Shown here piece by piece: positions 19,086-28,911 of a stretch of 64,000 bases of DNA (its first letter is position 1; every line of letters starts with the position of its first letter). The translations under genes and the position numbers were made by a program. The stretch lies in the sequence record MG655267.1, one strand, 5' to 3'. The notes beneath the pieces are model-generated. The model saw nothing but the letters and a program-made list of their open reading frames with translations, did not search any database and was not told where the DNA came from.

Positions 19086-19481
19086 ATGAATGTTTGGACT
19101 ATCCAGATCGCTCGATGGAAACTGGCTAAAGAGCGTAACATTGCTTTTCTTGATACCACTGTTAAATCTGCAAAAGAGTATGCCTTTCTGGCCCCGACCT
19201 GGAAGATGGTCATGGAGCATAAACAAGGCAGTCTCTCTGATACAGGTTACACGCAACTTTACTATGAGTTGTTACGTGCTCGCTATCGTGAGAACCGACA
19301 ACCTTTTTTAAAGCTGTTTCATGACTTTGCTGACCAGGATATTGCCGTGGCGTGCTTTTGCACTCCCGGTCATTTTTGTCACCGTCATTTGCTTGTAGAT
19401 ATTCTACGCGCTATAGCCGTTAGTGAACATATACCGTTTTGCTACAAAGGTGAACTTACTTTAGGAGAACACGTCACATGA
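19086..19481 (+). CDS. DUF488-like protein
   Basis: C-terminal 'IAVACFCTPGHFCHRHLL' motif (C.C...CHR) plus 'FLAPTWKM', as I recall for the DUF488/YeaO-like family. AGGTGA RBS favours the ATG at 19086. Confidence 0.6.
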   Translation: MNVWTIQIARWKLAKERNIAFLDTTVKSAKEYAFLAPTWKMVMEHKQGSLSDTGYTQLYYELLRARYRENRQPFLKLFHDFADQDIAVACFCTPGHFCHRHLLVDILRAIAVSEHIPFCYKGELTLGEHVT

Positions 19482-19864
19482 GCGACATCAATCAGGCGTA
19501 CACACGACTACAGGGATCAACGGACTTACCCACGGGTGAATTGATTAACCCACCGAAAGGGTGCCCGGGGATTACCGCACAGGTCGTCTTACGTCTGTTT
19601 CACAAAGTCAACGGATTGATCATTTACACGGAAGAGGTTCCAATCACTGTATTGAACATGCGGTGTTGTGAGATCTCAATGTACATGTTTATGAACCCGG
19701 TACTGGAGCATACTGCCGCTCCGTTAACACCCAGTCTTTATATGGTTGGTAATAACGTGTTCTTAGACGTGGAAGTGCAGCTTGATCGTATGGCCCTTTC
19801 CTCCGGGGATGTCGGTCGTTATTGTCAGGCGATGTTTTACCAGCAGTCCCTCAAGAGTAACTGA
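19478..19864 (+). CDS. Hypothetical protein (128 aa)
   Basis: AGGAGA RBS; ATGA overlap with the upstream gene. Confidence 0.7.
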   Translation: MSDINQAYTRLQGSTDLPTGELINPPKGCPGITAQVVLRLFHKVNGLIIYTEEVPITVLNMRCCEISMYMFMNPVLEHTAAPLTPSLYMVGNNVFLDVEVQLDRMALSSGDVGRYCQAMFYQQSLKSN

Positions 19865-19883
19865 ATTCAAATAAATTCAGGAC

Positions 19884-19891
19884 TATATCAC
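19884..19891 (+). promoter_or_regulatory. Early promoter-like box TATATCAC
   Basis: One mismatch to TATATTAC, with an AT-rich upstream element. Confidence 0.5.
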
Positions 19892-19928
19892 TTACGTGAG
19901 TAATAATAAGATAAAAAGGTTTTGAGCT

Positions 19929-20369
19929 ATGAGTGTAGCAGGTTCTATCTTAGCCTGGATCAATAATCAAATTGATCGGTTTGCCGACAGTCAGGAAGCC
20001 CAAGTCTGGACCGCCATTATTGTGCTGTTCTTTCTGTGCTTGCTTGTTAGTGAATTGCGCACTGTGCGACAAACCGAAAAGTTTGAAAATGGCTTACGTT
20101 TATTAATTGGGAAATACAATCTTTATTCACCAGAGGATGTCGAATCACTTAATCAACGCGGTTATGATTTGTTTGAGCTGTATGTTGAAAGCTTGACAGA
20201 ATGTAACATCCCGGTCTATGACCGTGAGCGAGAAGAAGAGGAGTTTATGAAAGGCTTCTTCCACGGTTATGTGATCGGAAGACGTGTTATGGCCAAAGTG
20301 CATCCTGACCCAAGAGTTGTGGAGTGCTTTGAGAAAAAGTTTTACAAGTATCTCGGCGATATTCGTTAA
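19929..20369 (+). CDS. Hypothetical membrane protein (146 aa)
   Basis: Hydrophobic helix VWTAIIVLFFLCLLV near the N-terminus. Confidence 0.7.
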   Translation: MSVAGSILAWINNQIDRFADSQEAQVWTAIIVLFFLCLLVSELRTVRQTEKFENGLRLLIGKYNLYSPEDVESLNQRGYDLFELYVESLTECNIPVYDREREEEEFMKGFFHGYVIGRRVMAKVHPDPRVVECFEKKFYKYLGDIR

Positions 20370-20373
20370 ACCG

Positions 20374-20432
20374 GCATAAAGGCTAGCATTCCCCAACGGG
20401 AATGCTAGCCTGCTTATGCTGCTTTTTTTTTT
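20374..20432. terminator. Bidirectional terminator between convergent genes
   Basis: GCATAA-AGGCTAGCATTCCC-CAAC-GGGAATGCTAGCCT-GC-TTATGC, then a T-run. Confidence 0.85.
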
Positions 20433-21306
20433 ATCGAGTCGGGGTGACTTGATTGTTACGGGCGTCTTCAACATCCTGCGCGTAACCGGCCTTGATAGCC
20501 TGGACGTCAGCAGTGATCTGCTTCATGCGATCTGGCAGGTCCTGCGTGTACGGGTTGGCATTCAGAGGCGCGGTGTCTTTCAGGATCTTCGCAGCCAAGT
20601 TGTCCACAGCAAGGTTCATGATGAACGTGCCGGTAAACTCGATGCTGTGTACCCAGTCCGCTGCGCCTTGTGATTTATCAAAGCGAGACTCACGGGTACC
20701 TGAAGATTTCGGACGCATGTTCACGCCGAGGTAGGCGTTGATCACTTCCAGGCCCGTTGGGTCAGATTCCACATACAGACAGATCATGGAGATCATGTCC
20801 GGCAGCAGATCTGTCGGTGGGTTTGGATAAGTCATGATCAGTGGACGCTTAACATCAGGGTCCATGATGAACAGACGAATCCACCACTCGAACAACGTAC
20901 CGTGCGGGAAGCCGTACTTTTCACCGATCTCATGTACTGGGACCGGCTGCTGTTGGGTGACGTTACCTGGGTCGTGCTGTTCAGCACCGGCACCGCCGGC
21001 AGGCTGAGTGAAGTCATCAACAGTCAGTGCACGCTGGAAGCCCGTAATGGTACGGGTGTGTTTTTCCATCACTGTCTTGATGTGACCGTGCCACAATTCA
21101 GGGTGATCCAGGTAACGAATAGCACCTGGCGTTTCGAGAACGAAACAGCGCAGTTGCTGCTGGCGGAAGCCGGCGTTATCAACGTAACGTGCGAGGTTGG
21201 CGTTGAAGCCAAAGTAACCGCCCGTGAGGGCGTTTACCATGGTTGCGTTCGTGAACGCTGCCGGACCGACGCCAGACTGGGCGACGCTATCAGTAAAACG
21301 TGGCAT
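20431..21306 (-). CDS. Tail tube protein (phiKZ gp30-like)
   Basis: 291 aa, immediately downstream of the sheath gene, the conserved myovirus sheath-tube arrangement. Confidence 0.8.
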   Translation of the reverse strand: MPRFTDSVAQSGVGPAAFTNATMVNALTGGYFGFNANLARYVDNAGFRQQQLRCFVLETPGAIRYLDHPELWHGHIKTVMEKHTRTITGFQRALTVDDFTQPAGGAGAEQHDPGNVTQQQPVPVHEIGEKYGFPHGTLFEWWIRLFIMDPDVKRPLIMTYPNPPTDLLPDMISMICLYVESDPTGLEVINAYLGVNMRPKSSGTRESRFDKSQGAADWVHSIEFTGTFIMNLAVDNLAAKILKDTAPLNANPYTQDLPDRMKQITADVQAIKAGYAQDVEDARNNQVTPTR

Positions 21307-21307
21307 A

Positions 21308-23395
21308 TTACACTAAGTCCTCTTGGTTACGTGAGACGACCGTGAAGCTGCCGATGTACATGCCTTTATTGAAGGCAGCACTTACCTCACAGGAGTAGCG
21401 AACACGGCTGTTCTGGTCAGCGATGGTCCGGAACGAGTTCACGCTAATAACTACGCGGTTGTCGTAACGGTCTTTCGTCAGGTTTTCCAGAATGCGGTTG
21501 AGTTCAGACAACGTCTGTGCGGTGGTGCGACGGGTATCGGTACCGAGCATGCGATAAGCGATCTGACACTGCTTCTCGATGTCCACACAAATGGTCAGCG
21601 CGATTTCATCACGCAGCACAGAGGATTCGGTATCGTACACGGTCTGCACATGCGGAACGTACGCCTGACGACGGTTGTACGTCTGTGCGTAGTTCAGACC
21701 CAGGCCCCACTCGGTATTGCGTACTTCGTTTGGTTCCCAAAGCGCGTCCATGTTTTTCATGAGCTGCACTTTGTTGTTTTCTGCTGCATCATACGCGAAC
21801 GCATTCTTCAGCACACCATCACCGCTACCCGCATACCGTGCACGCTTGTAGGCGTGGTCGAGCAGATGCGGATAGAAGTCATCGCTGTCTTCAGACGCCA
21901 GTTGACCTGACTGCATGAAGAACACCGCACGGCAGGTTGAGGTACCGTACAGAGATGACTCTGGGAACAGCATGGCGTAAGAACGCAACGATGCGGCCAT
22001 GGAACGTTGCTCCAGGCTTGACAGACGGCTACCGCCAGCGATGTAGGTACCCACGTAGACGGTGATGTCTTTGCGTTTACCCAACAGGCTGATCAGTGAC
22101 TTCTTGGTTTCCAGGCTATAGCCCGCATCCCAGTAAGCCGATACCGGATAACGTGCGTCATCCAGCATTTCAATCCCTTCCAGGTCGCCGTAGTTATCGA
22201 ACTGCTGTTTACACAGCGCGTCGTATACGGACGTTGGGGTGATCGCTTTGCCATTGGCATCAACACCAGACAGCTTACCGTCAGTGCCGCCTTCTGCGTA
22301 GTAGATCGCGGTGTCATTGAGGTTCACACCGCCATCTGCTGTACCTTGCAGACGGAACGCGTAGTACGGTTGCCCGTAGAAGTCTACGCCGCCAATCAGG
22401 TTGATCTGATGTGCTGCATTGGTGCCTTCAGCCAAACCGGGGTTCAGCGGTTGCTCCAGTGCATAGATCTGATTCAGAACCTGGTCGAGGTTGTCATGAT
22501 AGACAAACAGGTTGTCCATCGGACCTGGCATCGGGGTGGTGCCATCATCGCCGCTGTTTGCGTAATCTTTAATACGCAGCTGCAGACCGTACTTGGTGTC
22601 AGTTGAGGTATCAACCACATCGCGACGGAAAGCAAAGTTGATCGCAGAAGCACGATCCTGGGTCAGCTTCACCACGGCAGTAGACTGCGCGTTCGGACGC
22701 TCGTAGAAACGCAGGCGATAGAGCTGGCTCAGCTGGTCAACAGCAACATTGACATTCAGCGGATCAGAACTCTTCGCGCTAGGTGCCCACAGCGACACGC
22801 CGACGTTGTTACCGAAAGCCCCTGGTGATGGCACTTCCAGATCGAGGAGGGGATAGAAGTCAGACTGAGTACCGCTACCGGACATCAGCTGGCCTTTCTT
22901 CTTCTCACCGGCACCGATTGCTCGGGTTACATCACGGTTGATCACCAGACGACCCAACATGCCGTTGGTGGTGGTGTCAGCTTCGACGTAAGCGCCATTT
23001 TCATCTTTGACAGCATTGCCGTCTTCATCGCGCTCGTAATCTTTGATGACGTCTGCTACCAGCTCAATCCCCAGAGTAAACATAGCAGGCTTAACGGCAT
23101 CCGCTGGGACCACACGCTGAACGATCAGGGTGTTTGCTGCCTGTGCAAAGATGTTCGCAAAGGCAGAGCCCATGGTGAAGAACTTTGACAGGTGGTTAAA
23201 AGTTGCAGAACCATACAGGGTGGTCAGTAACGTCGGGTCGATTAACTGCGGGTCAAGCGAACCACGCTCTGCCAATAAGTAGACATGCGGAAGGTGCTGG
23301 GGATACACCTCGGGCACGGCTACCGGTGCCAGTACGGACTCGTCCCGAATACCATTCAGGATGAACCGCGGTGCACCGTTGGAGATATTTGACAT
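21308..23395 (-). CDS. Contractile tail sheath protein (phiKZ gp29-like)
   Basis: About 695 aa; N-terminus MSNISNGAPRFILNGIRDES...PQHLPHVYLLAERG; 'RYPVSAYWDAGYSLETK' segment. GAAGGAGA RBS supports the ATG at 23395. Confidence 0.88.
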   Translation of the reverse strand: MSNISNGAPRFILNGIRDESVLAPVAVPEVYPQHLPHVYLLAERGSLDPQLIDPTLLTTLYGSATFNHLSKFFTMGSAFANIFAQAANTLIVQRVVPADAVKPAMFTLGIELVADVIKDYERDEDGNAVKDENGAYVEADTTTNGMLGRLVINRDVTRAIGAGEKKKGQLMSGSGTQSDFYPLLDLEVPSPGAFGNNVGVSLWAPSAKSSDPLNVNVAVDQLSQLYRLRFYERPNAQSTAVVKLTQDRASAINFAFRRDVVDTSTDTKYGLQLRIKDYANSGDDGTTPMPGPMDNLFVYHDNLDQVLNQIYALEQPLNPGLAEGTNAAHQINLIGGVDFYGQPYYAFRLQGTADGGVNLNDTAIYYAEGGTDGKLSGVDANGKAITPTSVYDALCKQQFDNYGDLEGIEMLDDARYPVSAYWDAGYSLETKKSLISLLGKRKDITVYVGTYIAGGSRLSSLEQRSMAASLRSYAMLFPESSLYGTSTCRAVFFMQSGQLASEDSDDFYPHLLDHAYKRARYAGSGDGVLKNAFAYDAAENNKVQLMKNMDALWEPNEVRNTEWGLGLNYAQTYNRRQAYVPHVQTVYDTESSVLRDEIALTICVDIEKQCQIAYRMLGTDTRRTTAQTLSELNRILENLTKDRYDNRVVISVNSFRTIADQNSRVRYSCEVSAAFNKGMYIGSFTVVSRNQEDLV

Positions 23396-23597
23396 TTCTG
23401 TCTCCTTCACTATCGATAGTTGTTTGTTTGTCACTTGGGTGAAACTTAAGCTTGCCTTAATTAAGGGCTACCACATACGTCCTGATTACCCGGGAGTAGA
23501 AAGTAAATGGTATGGTTCACTATTAGCTTTAACCCTAGCAGTGCCATAGAATAAAGTGTTATTCTTAACATATTTGCCTATAGAGGGTTTTCTCCTT

Positions 23598-24560
23598 ATG
23601 TTTAAGTCCCCTTATGATACCACCACGGCACGCTGGACGCCGGGTCTGGAAGGTATCCGAAAAGAATTGCGGGTAGCAAAAATCGAACGACGTTTAACAT
23701 CCGCATCCACGCCGCTTCCAGTGAGTGACCCTCTAGGCGCCTCTCCTTCTCCTAGCGATAAGCTGTGGTATGTCGTGTCAGGTGTGCCTGGAAACGAACG
23801 CATTCCACCGTTTATGCATCCACTGGAATTTACCGATACGTTGGGTCGCACCAACATGGCCATTGATTTGCGCTCCGCTATCGGCATGGCGCCGGACGGT
23901 CGTACTCTGGTTGTGCGTAACCGCAATGGTCAACTCGATGCTGAACAACTGATCATCCGTCTGAAGGCAACCGCCTACTGGATGTTGGAAAGCAGTGGTC
24001 CCCGTGACCTGATGAACTTAAGTGGTGTCCCGATGCGTATCTTTGCACGCTGGATCACTGAGAACATCTCCCGTCGGGTTGGTCTGGATTACGATGCGGT
24101 TCCCCGTTATCTGGTTTACGCCTCCTGGTACTACTTCTGCCTGTTCTTTAATAAAGAGCAGATGAGCGATGACCTGCGCCTGATTGCCATCAACAAGATT
24201 GCCACTCAAGGCGGGTTGCGTCGTGACATCGTGGCAGACGTATTGCAGGATGTCGGTTACGTTGGCAGCATCAGTGAGTTCTGTGAAACGGCACAAGCAG
24301 TTGTCGGTGCAGATCAGCTCAGCCTGGTTGACGTGAAGACGTTGATCACCTTGGCCGGTAATGCCTGGTTTGGTCAGAATGCCAAAGAAGGTGGTGGGGT
24401 TGCCCTCGAGTATCCACCGCTGTTCCTGTCCATGCTCTACGGGGCGATGGGGAACAAGGCGTATCGCAACACCGCCATCGGTACCATTGCCGATCGCAAA
24501 GATTACCAACGAGACGGCGCGGTATTCACACGAGCCTTCGTAGGAACGATTAACGATTAA
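23598..24560 (+). CDS. Virion structural protein (phiKZ gp28-like)
   Basis: Divergent from the sheath gene, first of three genes before terminase; assigned by synteny. Confidence 0.6.
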   Translation: MFKSPYDTTTARWTPGLEGIRKELRVAKIERRLTSASTPLPVSDPLGASPSPSDKLWYVVSGVPGNERIPPFMHPLEFTDTLGRTNMAIDLRSAIGMAPDGRTLVVRNRNGQLDAEQLIIRLKATAYWMLESSGPRDLMNLSGVPMRIFARWITENISRRVGLDYDAVPRYLVYASWYYFCLFFNKEQMSDDLRLIAINKIATQGGLRRDIVADVLQDVGYVGSISEFCETAQAVVGADQLSLVDVKTLITLAGNAWFGQNAKEGGGVALEYPPLFLSMLYGAMGNKAYRNTAIGTIADRKDYQRDGAVFTRAFVGTIND

Positions 24561-24571
24561 GCGGGGTGTGT

Positions 24572-27124
24572 ATGACAAGTCCGTTAGTGGAAAATGCGAT
24601 TGAATACGCATGGGCTAACCCACAAGCGGATAGACAACACGTTCTACGACTGGCAAGGGTGTCACGTGATGTCGGGGCTATGAACCACACCAGGGTCATG
24701 CGCATCGACATTCCCTTGCCAACACGAGAAGAAGTCTATCACGTTTTTCAGATCGGACAGAACCACCCTTGGGAGTGGAACTTTGGTGAGCGCTACGTCA
24801 CCCCGATCCCTTTTGAAACTTGGGTTCCGTTAACCGAGTTGAACGAAAAGCAGTTGTTGGTCAGTAACGTTTACATGGACAACGGCGTACAATTTCCGAA
24901 TGCGGGCGTCTATGTACGCTTGCGCTATGATCATAACATCATTGTCGCAATCAAACCATTCGCAAATATGACCGTCCCACGTAACGTACAAGTCTACCTC
25001 CGGGTGTACTCTAACGCCTACCTGGAAGACGCTGTATTGGGTGATGATGCGATCCAAAACTTTGGTGGTGTCATGACCGATACGACCAAAGTCCTCGATT
25101 GGCAGAACCGCTATCTGGCCTTAAAGCAGGCGCCGGGCTTAGCACAGGCTTTTGTTAATGGGGTGCTGGTCGACGATTTCCCGCCGGGTAGTTACCGGGC
25201 GCGTGATTGGGTCGATGTGCGTTACGACGCCACTGTGCGTAAAGTGGTGGACCTCAATATCAGTGACTTGCCTTCTTTTATGTCGACGCAGGACAAGAAG
25301 CGTAAGTACATTGTGCATCCGCCACGTGGTAGTGATGACTTCGATGTCATCTACCATGATGACATTGACTTCTGGTTAATCGGTCCGGACGGCACAGGCA
25401 TCTACTTCCACCGTAACTTACCTGATGCGGTTCGTATGCTAACCCATCGTGATTATGCGCTGACCGTTGCCTATGTCTCGAATGCCATTGTCAATTTCCC
25501 GGCCTGGGAAGATGTCTCAAAACTGAAGCTGCGGGCAGTGATGCGTCGGGGTGGTCGTCAGAATACATTGGTGCATGAAGCCCATCGTTTACGGGAAATG
25601 TACAAGTTACCCGACTCGGTGATCCTGCAAGCCTTCCAGGGTATCGATTCTACGCTCCCAGAGTGGTCTGCAGACGGTTTAGAGCAATCTTGGTACAATG
25701 TACTGCTTGGAACGCCTTATCCCTTCCTGGGCATTCCTGTGGTGCGTGACGCCTATGGTTACAATGCCATGACCAAAGTGATGGCAACCACCCCCATGGC
25801 AACCGCGACAACTGGTCTGGGTCAGGTCGCTACCCTGGCGCCGTCTTTACGGGAGAACGCCACGGTCTACGAGTATGACAAGGACGGGTTATACCTCGGC
25901 AGTCAATACTGGTCAGCCGGTGCGCGTTACATTGCCAAGCACGCCAACTGTGCGTTAATCGAACCGCGCAGTGGGAAAGCCAGCAAGTCCTTAAGTTATG
26001 TACTGGGTAATGACATGGTGCCGTTGAAGAAAGCTTACGGCTACCGGTTATACCAAGCGCATTGGACGGGCGGTGTGGTGGATGAAACCACTTGGGTTGA
26101 TGTGACCGATGATGACACAGTTGCGAAGGTGGATAATGGGGTGGTGAGTTGGTTGCACAACCCGGTGCGACGTGTGGGGTTGGTGTTGTTCAATGACATC
26201 TTCCTGGGGTATGACTTCACCCTGAACTACGCTGACAAGTCGTTGTCCTTTGCGGTGACCCATACCTGGCCAACCGGCGGATTACTCTCACCCTTCCCGT
26301 TGGGACAGATTGAACTGATCATGAATCAGCGGTCATTAATCCCGGGGTTGGATTACTTCGGTAAGTTCCCACGTTTTGTGGTGGTGAATAAAGAGTACAT
26401 CAATCAGGACGGTGCACAGAACTTTACCTTGCGCTGTACCGGTTATCCTCAGAAAGACCTGACGCCACAACCGGTCAACGAAGGCGGCTGGATGATCTTT
26501 AATCAGATCTCGGCCAACGACGTCTATAACCTGCGTGATGACCGAACGGTGCGGTGTATTCTGCGCGGACGGGTAGTCCCTAAAGAGACGTTGGTGTTTA
26601 CTGAAGACCTGATGGCACGTGCGGTACCAGCAGCCAGTAATGGCGATCCGTATCACATCAGTAACGTCATGGCGTCTGTACGGGAAGTGAACGATTACGA
26701 GACCTATCCGTTGCGGGATGCCTCGGTGGATCTGGATAAGCGTCTGTCAGCTTATTTGACCGCACATCGTCCACAACCGGATCTGGGTAACCCGGCACCG
26801 ATCGCTGACAAGTATGTCCTGTACTCGCCGTTCTTGTGCAAGCTTATCAATGACATCCGTTTGAAGGTACTGGTTATTGGCAACGGCTGGCAATCTGATC
26901 AGAACCTGGACAAGATCATCACACCGTATAAATGGTGGTTGGACTTTGACCCGGCGATCAAAGATGAGATGGATTGGACGTATATTGAAGTGCACCCGCA
27001 TAACGAGGTGAATCCGATTGCGGTCACGGCAGTTGAGTACGCCTTCCTGAACCGGGTCATTGCACTGTATCTGAGTAGCCGTGTTCAGTTGTCTGGACAT
27101 CTGACGATTAAGCAGGATACCTAA
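24572..27124 (+). CDS. Virion structural protein (phiKZ gp27-like, ~850 aa)
   Basis: Size, beta-rich composition and synteny. Confidence 0.6.
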   Translation: MTSPLVENAIEYAWANPQADRQHVLRLARVSRDVGAMNHTRVMRIDIPLPTREEVYHVFQIGQNHPWEWNFGERYVTPIPFETWVPLTELNEKQLLVSNVYMDNGVQFPNAGVYVRLRYDHNIIVAIKPFANMTVPRNVQVYLRVYSNAYLEDAVLGDDAIQNFGGVMTDTTKVLDWQNRYLALKQAPGLAQAFVNGVLVDDFPPGSYRARDWVDVRYDATVRKVVDLNISDLPSFMSTQDKKRKYIVHPPRGSDDFDVIYHDDIDFWLIGPDGTGIYFHRNLPDAVRMLTHRDYALTVAYVSNAIVNFPAWEDVSKLKLRAVMRRGGRQNTLVHEAHRLREMYKLPDSVILQAFQGIDSTLPEWSADGLEQSWYNVLLGTPYPFLGIPVVRDAYGYNAMTKVMATTPMATATTGLGQVATLAPSLRENATVYEYDKDGLYLGSQYWSAGARYIAKHANCALIEPRSGKASKSLSYVLGNDMVPLKKAYGYRLYQAHWTGGVVDETTWVDVTDDDTVAKVDNGVVSWLHNPVRRVGLVLFNDIFLGYDFTLNYADKSLSFAVTHTWPTGGLLSPFPLGQIELIMNQRSLIPGLDYFGKFPRFVVVNKEYINQDGAQNFTLRCTGYPQKDLTPQPVNEGGWMIFNQISANDVYNLRDDRTVRCILRGRVVPKETLVFTEDLMARAVPAASNGDPYHISNVMASVREVNDYETYPLRDASVDLDKRLSAYLTAHRPQPDLGNPAPIADKYVLYSPFLCKLINDIRLKVLVIGNGWQSDQNLDKIITPYKWWLDFDPAIKDEMDWTYIEVHPHNEVNPIAVTAVEYAFLNRVIALYLSSRVQLSGHLTIKQDT

Positions 27125-27126
27125 TA

Positions 27127-28845
27127 ATGAATGATTTATCAAAGCTGTTTTCTAACTCACCGGTCAGTGCGGTCGTCACAGCACCGACGGTGCGGACTGA
27201 AGCGGATAAGTGGACGGTCTGGAATCGGGATGTGATCTACGTCCCGGGCGTCCCGGTTACTGCCACCAAGAACTACATTGTACCAAAGCCCGATGATTTG
27301 ATCTGGGACAAAGCACAAGGTTGGTTCTACGTGTCGCACGTTGACCTGGAAGGTGACCTGACTTCTACCCTCGAGCCATGGTCGCCAGCGATGACAGAAG
27401 GCGGTGACACGGATGACTTGGTGGTGCTGGGCAATATCTCCCGACTGACCTCTGAGTTCATCATCTGTGCCATTGACTATTCACAGATGCCACCGACCAT
27501 GATCGTGGATGACCGTATCCAGATTAATGGGTCGAAAGCCAAGTACGCGAAAGTGTTCCTGGGAACCGACATCGGGAAAGCGGGTCAGGTTGTCAGTTGC
27601 ATGTATGACAGCTCCGGTAACGTGGTCAGTGAGAATATCCCGTTGGAGCTGATGGCACTGCCGGGGATGATCAACAAAACCATTCGTCGGCCTGCAGTGG
27701 CGAACTGCACGACCACGATCCCCGATGGCGAACTGCTCTCCTTGGTTGTGTACGATGATCAAGGGGGTTGGATTCCACCGGTGTACCGTATGGTAGCGCA
27801 GAACTCTGCGTTTGTGCGTCAGGCTGAATCGGGTCAGAAGTACGTCAAGGGTATTCAGTTACTCTCGCCGTTTGCTTCGAGCAGCAACCCATCGCTGTTA
27901 GAGATCCCGGTAAACGTCAATGGTCTGGCGTCGGTCGAGATGCGTGGTCGGGTCTGGTACAGCGACAACACCTACAAAGATCTGTCGGTCGACGGAACCA
28001 AGATGGTGTTGAACGGTGCGCGGGAATACATCCCAACCATCGTGGGCCAACGGGCGAATGTAACCCTGACCTATTTCCTCTCCAGTGATGAAGCAGCAAT
28101 CTCTGCCAACCCGGGTGAGATCACCCATGTGGACGAGACCTACGACATCACCACCGTGGATGCGGTTGGGGCTTACTCACCGAAACTGTACGGCTATCCG
28201 GTCTGGGACAATGCAACCAGCACGTATCGTTTGACCTGGTGGTTGTACAACCTCGATCGTCAGATTGCGTATGAAGTCACCAACAAAGTGGATCTGGCGG
28301 TGAACAGCCCAGCCTTTGATCCGGCATTGTATGGGACGGTACAGCACCTGAAGGCCGCCGTGACCTTGTCACAGGTCGACAGTCGCTTTAAAGCCTATCG
28401 TCATGTACAGGCGATCGACATCACCCTGTATCAAGCCGCAACGCTGAATGGTACGGCGTGGACGGTTGGGTTTGATCCCGGTCAAACGCCACAGTTCGGT
28501 CCAGGTCTGAAAGCCACCATCAAATCGATGGCTGCCAACAATCGCCGGATGCGGATTGATGCCGGTATTGCGACATACACCGACTGGTTAGATCAGCTGT
28601 ACTACAACATCCGACCGCTGCGTGCTGTAAACTCAGAGACCAAAGCCCCTGAGCCTACGCACTTTATTCTCTACATTGATGACACCCATGAATACCGCTT
28701 CCCGATTGCCAACTGGAACCAAGACCTTCCGGTCGACGTGAACGTGGACAACGGTCAGTCTGTATTCGTGAAGTGGATCAAAGCGGACTCAGGTAACACT
28801 GAGCTGCAACTGGGTATCTCTTCCCTGGTAGCGAAGACAGCTTAA
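27127..28845 (+). CDS. Virion structural protein (phiKZ gp26-like, 572 aa)
   Basis: Beta-rich ORF directly upstream of terminase; assigned by synteny. Confidence 0.6.
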   Translation: MNDLSKLFSNSPVSAVVTAPTVRTEADKWTVWNRDVIYVPGVPVTATKNYIVPKPDDLIWDKAQGWFYVSHVDLEGDLTSTLEPWSPAMTEGGDTDDLVVLGNISRLTSEFIICAIDYSQMPPTMIVDDRIQINGSKAKYAKVFLGTDIGKAGQVVSCMYDSSGNVVSENIPLELMALPGMINKTIRRPAVANCTTTIPDGELLSLVVYDDQGGWIPPVYRMVAQNSAFVRQAESGQKYVKGIQLLSPFASSSNPSLLEIPVNVNGLASVEMRGRVWYSDNTYKDLSVDGTKMVLNGAREYIPTIVGQRANVTLTYFLSSDEAAISANPGEITHVDETYDITTVDAVGAYSPKLYGYPVWDNATSTYRLTWWLYNLDRQIAYEVTNKVDLAVNSPAFDPALYGTVQHLKAAVTLSQVDSRFKAYRHVQAIDITLYQAATLNGTAWTVGFDPGQTPQFGPGLKATIKSMAANNRRMRIDAGIATYTDWLDQLYYNIRPLRAVNSETKAPEPTHFILYIDDTHEYRFPIANWNQDLPVDVNVDNGQSVFVKWIKADSGNTELQLGISSLVAKTA

Positions 28846-28856
28846 CTGTAACACAT

Positions 28857-28899
28857 CAGGCCGGTGGGGGTAACCTCACTGGTCTGGTTTCACTTATGC
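28857..28899 (+). terminator. Hairpin plus TTATGC before terminase
   Basis: CAGGCCGGTGGGG-GTAA-CCTCACTGGTCTG, then TTATGC at 28894-28899. Confidence 0.65.
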
Positions 28900-28911
28900 G
28901 GAATGCTAACG

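Noticed and set aside
20902-21345. 147-aa + strand ORF and similar long antisense ORFs (35211-35816, 53993-54571, 62447-63130, 13161-13661, 29998-30531)
   Set aside because: Fully antisense to well-supported genes; a typical artefact of codon bias.
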